30,902 bases of DNA from a virus (taxonomy: Duplodnaviria > Heunggongvirae > Uroviricota > Caudoviricetes), in IMG/VR virus record IMGVR_UViG_3300048588_000114, positions 79,309 through 110,210 of that record. The stretch is one strand, 5' to 3'. This document shows, piece by piece, positions 27,714-30,902 of this stretch (the stretch's first letter is position 1; each line of letters starts with the position of its first letter). Made by a program: the position numbers and the translations under genes. Below the pieces are notes generated by a model, which saw only the letters and a list, made by a program, of their open reading frames with translations, searched no databases and had not been told where the DNA came from.

Positions 27714-28031
27714 ATGAAAAACATCACACCTCCACCCTTCACTAAGAAGATCGGATTAAGCGACCAGATTGGATTCTTTTACACTGGCGAAATGTCTAAC
27801 ATCGGCGCACAAGCAACTGCCCAGAGAGCCGCAGAGAGCCTAAAAGGCTATCTTGAACAAAAAGAATCTTTGGATAACCGTCTAAAGAACTATCGGGAGA
27901 AGATAAAAGACCCGAAAGCATTAGCAAATCTTGAAAAAAATATTAACCAACAGGTCAAGCCCGTCCAGAAATCCATTGATCGTTTAGAAAAATTCCTTAC
28001 AGATGTAGGCAACGTAGTAGCAAAAGCATAG
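27714..28031 (+). CDS. Hypothetical helical/coiled-coil protein
   Basis: 105 aa with an A-rich leader (ctcataaacATG), downstream of the candidate promoter. Confidence 0.6.
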   Translation: MKNITPPPFTKKIGLSDQIGFFYTGEMSNIGAQATAQRAAESLKGYLEQKESLDNRLKNYREKIKDPKALANLEKNINQQVKPVQKSIDRLEKFLTDVGNVVAKA

Positions 28032-28059
28032 TATTAATCCATAAACCCCACTTTAGACT

Positions 28060-28689
28060 ATGCAAAAAGCTAAGAAAAATAAGAAACCAGCATCACATCG
28101 CCTATACGAACGCTACGCTTATTTAGCTGATATCTATGCTAACAAATTATTCAATACCAATGCGATAGGTATGGATAGGGAAGATGTAGTTCAAGAATTA
28201 AGACTTAAAATTATCACCTCCATCCGTGCCTACGGAAAACGATGGGCTGACTTCAAAAAGACTGGCTTGTATAAGCCAGTCCCCATTAAATACTACATTC
28301 AGACAGCTATGAATAATAAACTCATAGATATGGTGGAGGAAATCAAAAAAGATGTGAATCAGTACTCCCTTTCTATGGAAGATCATTCCTTTGACTATGG
28401 GATAGATTCTTCTGGCTTTTCAGTTCTCCAATTGACTGGAACACAGAAAGAAGCAGTAGTTTGCGGGGTTGACTTACTTCAGGGTTTAGATGGCCAAGCA
28501 AAAGATGCTTTCTGTATGTACCTAAAAGGCCATCCGCTCAAGACAATCGAAAAGGTTTTCAAAGGAAAAGTACAAGATATAGGACTTATGATAAGGGCTC
28601 AAGTAGAGACGTTGCGTGAACACAAGGATGAAATGTACTCTGGTATGCAAAAGACCTACTATTCCTATCAAATGGCTGAAGAAGATTGA
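28060..28689 (+). CDS. Phage sigma70-family (ECF-sized) RNA polymerase sigma factor
   Basis: Region 2-like (YAYLADIYANKLF...DREDVVQELRLKII...YYIQTAMNNKLID) and region 4-like (LLQGLDGQAKDAFCMYLKGHPLKTIEK). Confidence 0.8.
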   Translation: MQKAKKNKKPASHRLYERYAYLADIYANKLFNTNAIGMDREDVVQELRLKIITSIRAYGKRWADFKKTGLYKPVPIKYYIQTAMNNKLIDMVEEIKKDVNQYSLSMEDHSFDYGIDSSGFSVLQLTGTQKEAVVCGVDLLQGLDGQAKDAFCMYLKGHPLKTIEKVFKGKVQDIGLMIRAQVETLREHKDEMYSGMQKTYYSYQMAEED

Positions 28690-28739
28690 AGACTAAAATT
28701 AATCGTGCTGAAACACAGTAACTTATGTGGCGGGCCACA

Positions 28740-28778
28740 AAATAAATTTGGTTTTAGCAAAAAGTCTCCGTATCTTTG
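28740..28778 (+). promoter_or_regulatory. Bacteroidota primary-sigma promoter: -33 TTTG (28747-28750), 20-nt spacer, -7 TATCTTTG (28771-28778)
   Basis: Exact match to the established Bacteroides/Flavobacterium consensus TTTG-N19-21-TAnnTTTG, in an intergenic gap upstream of 28848. Confidence 0.8.
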
Positions 28779-28847
28779 TATCATTGAAAGTAATTCAAAG
28801 TTAAACAAATCAAACAAATTAAAAACAACAATTAAAAATCGAAAACA

Positions 28848-29966
28848 ATGGCAACACCTAAAATTACAGCAGACCAACTGAAAAGGGCTATCGCTCTCAA
28901 GTTAAAGGCTAAAGATGCCGCAGGTATCAAAGCTGAATTGATTAAAAAACTCGCAGAAAACGATGTAGAAGGCGTTGATGGCGAGACCATCGATGAATTG
29001 ATGGATATGTATGAAGCCTTCGTGAATGTAAAAACTGAAGAAGCTGAGGCTGAAGAAGAGGAGGCTGAAGAAGAGGAAGAATCTACTGAAGAGGAAGAAG
29101 TAGAGGAGTTAGCTGAAGAGGAAGAAGAGGAGGAAGCCCCGGCCAAAAAGCCAGCAACCAAAGCTGCTCCCGCTAAAACCGCTCCTGCCGCTCCAGTGAA
29201 AAAAGCAGCCCCTGCTCCAGTGGCTAAAAAAGAGGTTCCCGCCGCTAAGAAGGAGAAAGCCGCTCCAGCAATTAAATACTCCGCATGGAACTCAGAGGAG
29301 AAAGGCTCTAAAAAACAACTTCAGCCAATTATCGACCTTTTTGAAGGTGCTGAAGTTAAGTGGTTGAAACAAGGTATCACCCTGTTCTTCCCTGGAAAAT
29401 CAAGCAAAAAAGCAATCATTTCTTTTGACCGTGTGAAGGTAGCAGAAGACGGCACTGTTGTAGGTGACCTGTTCTTCAACGCCCTAAAAGGTAAAGAAGC
29501 AGTGGTTGAACATCTTGGAGAAGACAAGGAATTCAAATGCTTTAACACAAATCTGTGGTTCCTTTCTAAAATGGAAGTAGCTGAAGCAGTTGAAATCCTG
29601 TCAGAAACAGAAGGCCTGATTGATCACATGACCAAAACATTGGCCGATGCTGATAAAAGAGCCGTGAAAAATCGCGAAAAGCTGGAAGAATCTATCGCTA
29701 AAGGCAAAGATGGTGTAAAAGCCGCCCCAGCAAAAGCTGCCGTGAAAGCAAAAGCTGTAGTTGAGGAGGAGGAAGCCGAAGAGGAAGAGGAGGAAGAAGC
29801 ACCAGCGCCTAAGAAAGCTGCTCCAGCCAAAACCGTAGCCGCTCCCGCTAAGCCTGTTAAAAAGGCTCCTGTAGTTGAGGAAGAAGAAGAGGAGGCTGAA
29901 GAAGAGGAAGAAGAGGAAGTGCCTGCAAAGAAAGCCCCTGTAAAAACAGTAGCTAAGAAAAAATAA
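28848..29966 (+). CDS. Polyampholyte protein: three poly-Glu tracts each followed by H1-like PAKK/APAK repeats, around a central globular domain
   Basis: 372 aa, read directly from the translation. A-rich leader, own promoter and own terminator. Confidence 0.8.
   Translation: MATPKITADQLKRAIALKLKAKDAAGIKAELIKKLAENDVEGVDGETIDELMDMYEAFVNVKTEEAEAEEEEAEEEEESTEEEEVEELAEEEEEEEAPAKKPATKAAPAKTAPAAPVKKAAPAPVAKKEVPAAKKEKAAPAIKYSAWNSEEKGSKKQLQPIIDLFEGAEVKWLKQGITLFFPGKSSKKAIISFDRVKVAEDGTVVGDLFFNALKGKEAVVEHLGEDKEFKCFNTNLWFLSKMEVAEAVEILSETEGLIDHMTKTLADADKRAVKNREKLEESIAKGKDGVKAAPAKAAVKAKAVVEEEEAEEEEEEEAPAPKKAAPAKTVAAPAKPVKKAPVVEEEEEEAEEEEEEEVPAKKAPVKTVAKKK
29052..29912 (+). repeat. Exact 30-nt low-complexity direct repeat GAAGAAGAGGAGGCTGAAGAAGAGGAAGAA (29052-29081 and 29883-29912)
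   Basis: Read directly. Both copies encode EEEEAEEEEE. Confidence 0.75.
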
Positions 29967-29989
29967 AATCAACTGCCCTTAATATGAAC

Positions 29990-30018
29990 AAGCCCCCGCC
30001 TAACCAGCGGGGGTTTTT
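29990..30018 (+). terminator. Intrinsic terminator after the polyampholyte gene
   Basis: Stem AAGCCCCCGC (29990-29999) / GCGGGGGTTT (30007-30016), 7-nt loop, T-run. Confidence 0.85.
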
Positions 30019-30024
30019 GCTTTA

Positions 30025-30037
30025 CTACAGTTATTAA
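30025..30037 (+). promoter_or_regulatory. CnAMMGTTATWWA motif copy 3 (CTACAGTTATTAA)
   Basis: Directly after the terminator, ending 22 nt before ATG 30060. Confidence 0.6.
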
Positions 30038-30059
30038 TAATCACTACAAATACTAAAAT

Positions 30060-30866
30060 ATGAACTTTACATACGGCCTTGAGTTAGAATTCGTAGACGC
30101 CGACAGGCGTCATATCAATTTACCGGAGGGATGCAAATTTAACACAAAAGAAGTCACGTTGGTCAATTCGGATGGGATGGCGGTAAATAGCTTGAAAAAC
30201 AGTATAAATTGCCGAGGCGGGGAAATTAATACTCAACCCACCCAAAGTATTGGGGAGCAAGTAAAAGTTGCTGAGAAGTGCTTAAAATTGCTTAAAATAG
30301 CTGGAGCTACAATTAACTACCGATGTAATACACATACTCATATTGGCCTTCCACCAGAACTCCAGACAGTAGAGGTCTTGAAGAAAATTCAAGAATATGC
30401 TTTTCGTCATTTTGAGCCACTAATTCTATTGACTATGGGACGGGGGCAATTTGATAAGAAGCCTGAATACCCTGTAGCATTCTGGTCTCACTATAAAGAG
30501 CGGATGGTGCCTCAGTATAAACATGACTTTCTCATGGCTTCTGAGACTTTAAAAGATTTTCAATTAGGTTTCTTCAAGTCAAAGGAGGGAAAGCATGCTC
30601 CATTGACTTTTATGCGTCAATTAGTGAATACACACTCTTTCTTCAAAACAAAGACTATTGAATATAGGGGATTCTGGGGCAGTATGGATATTGATGAGAT
30701 ACGAAATTGCCTTGAGTTCCATGATTTACTAATAGATGTGGCGCTCAATTCTCCGAATGCCTGTCTGACTGACTTCTGGCCAAAGTCTAAACGCCTCCCC
30801 AAAGAACTCCCATTTAACCTTCAATTGGAACAAGGCTTTCAATCCACTAAGGTAGCTAAGCCTTAA
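30060..30866 (+). CDS. Putative amidoligase (COOH-NH2 ligase; PF12224 Amidoligase_2-like)
   Basis: TYGLELEF, GGEINTQP, CNTHTHIG and KTIEYRGF are the diagnostic ExE, E, HxH and E.R motifs of this family. Confidence 0.85.
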   Translation: MNFTYGLELEFVDADRRHINLPEGCKFNTKEVTLVNSDGMAVNSLKNSINCRGGEINTQPTQSIGEQVKVAEKCLKLLKIAGATINYRCNTHTHIGLPPELQTVEVLKKIQEYAFRHFEPLILLTMGRGQFDKKPEYPVAFWSHYKERMVPQYKHDFLMASETLKDFQLGFFKSKEGKHAPLTFMRQLVNTHSFFKTKTIEYRGFWGSMDIDEIRNCLEFHDLLIDVALNSPNACLTDFWPKSKRLPKELPFNLQLEQGFQSTKVAKP

Positions 30867-30868
30867 AA

Positions 30869-30881
30869 CCAACGTTATTAA
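30869..30881 (+). promoter_or_regulatory. CnAMMGTTATWWA motif copy 4 (CCAACGTTATTAA)
   Basis: Starts 2 nt after the amidoligase stop. The window ends 21 nt later in ...TTTTACTAAT, possibly the first two bases of the next ATG. Confidence 0.55.
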
Positions 30882-30902
30882 GTTTCTCCCACTTTTACTA
30901 AT

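Larger units (their letters stand above)
1..30902 (+). mobile_element. Fragment of a large myovirus genome (Herelleviridae-like morphogenesis and replication modules; probable Bacteroidota host)
   Basis: Co-oriented, tightly packed or overlapping neck, sheath, tube, tape measure, baseplate, helicase, primase and sigma genes. No bacterial housekeeping genes and no integrase in the window. Confidence 0.95.

Noticed and set aside
27620-28726. 8-mer TAACTTAT lying 13 nt upstream of both 39-bp promoters but in opposite orientations (27620-27627 as reverse complement; 28719-28726)
   Set aside because: Short AT-rich word in an AT-rich context with only two instances; cannot be distinguished from chance without a genome-wide count.
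28832-29972. Minus-strand and alternate-frame ORFs (28832-29161, 29601-29972, 29624-29830 and other short overlapping ORFs in the track)
   Set aside because: They are shadows of real genes. The poly-Ser and poly-Phe runs are mirror translations of GAA/GAG repeats.
1-30902. CRISPR arrays, tRNA/rRNA genes, integrase, introns/inteins or homing endonucleases
   Set aside because: None seen. Intergenic gaps are short, there are no regularly spaced repeats, and the helicase and primase motifs are uninterrupted.

Overview
The window is a gene-dense, AT-rich piece of a large contractile-tailed (myovirus) phage genome, and every credible gene is on the + strand. From about 1 to 22.6 kb is a neck/tail/baseplate module whose gene order and recognisable motifs follow the Herelleviridae (SPO1/phage K-like) plan: adaptor, stopper, neck protein, terminator, sheath, tube, two chaperones, tape measure, hub, spike, tube initiator, LysM/gp25 wedge and baseplate J. 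From 22.6 to 27.6 kb is a coupled replication operon (UvsW-like SF2 helicase, Cys-containing unknown, DnaB-like helicase, primase, unknown). After that come a sigma70-like factor, a Glu-tract/PAKK polyampholyte protein and an amidoligase. The expression signals point to a Bacteroidota host: no Shine-Dalgarno sequences, A-rich leaders, and a TTTG-N20-TATCTTTG promoter. Main observations: (i) a 14-blade GloVer double beta-propeller plus two membrane proteins inserted in the neck operon; (ii) a 13-nt motif CnAMMGTTATWWA in four intergenic gaps, 21-22 nt before the ATG in the three cases where the ATG is visible (candidate phage-sigma late promoter); one copy overlaps a hairpin that buries the helicase AUG; (iii) a second, 39-bp host-type promoter present twice; (iv) the acidic/basic block protein in its own transcription unit. 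Homology calls come from my recall of motifs and synteny, not from database searches.
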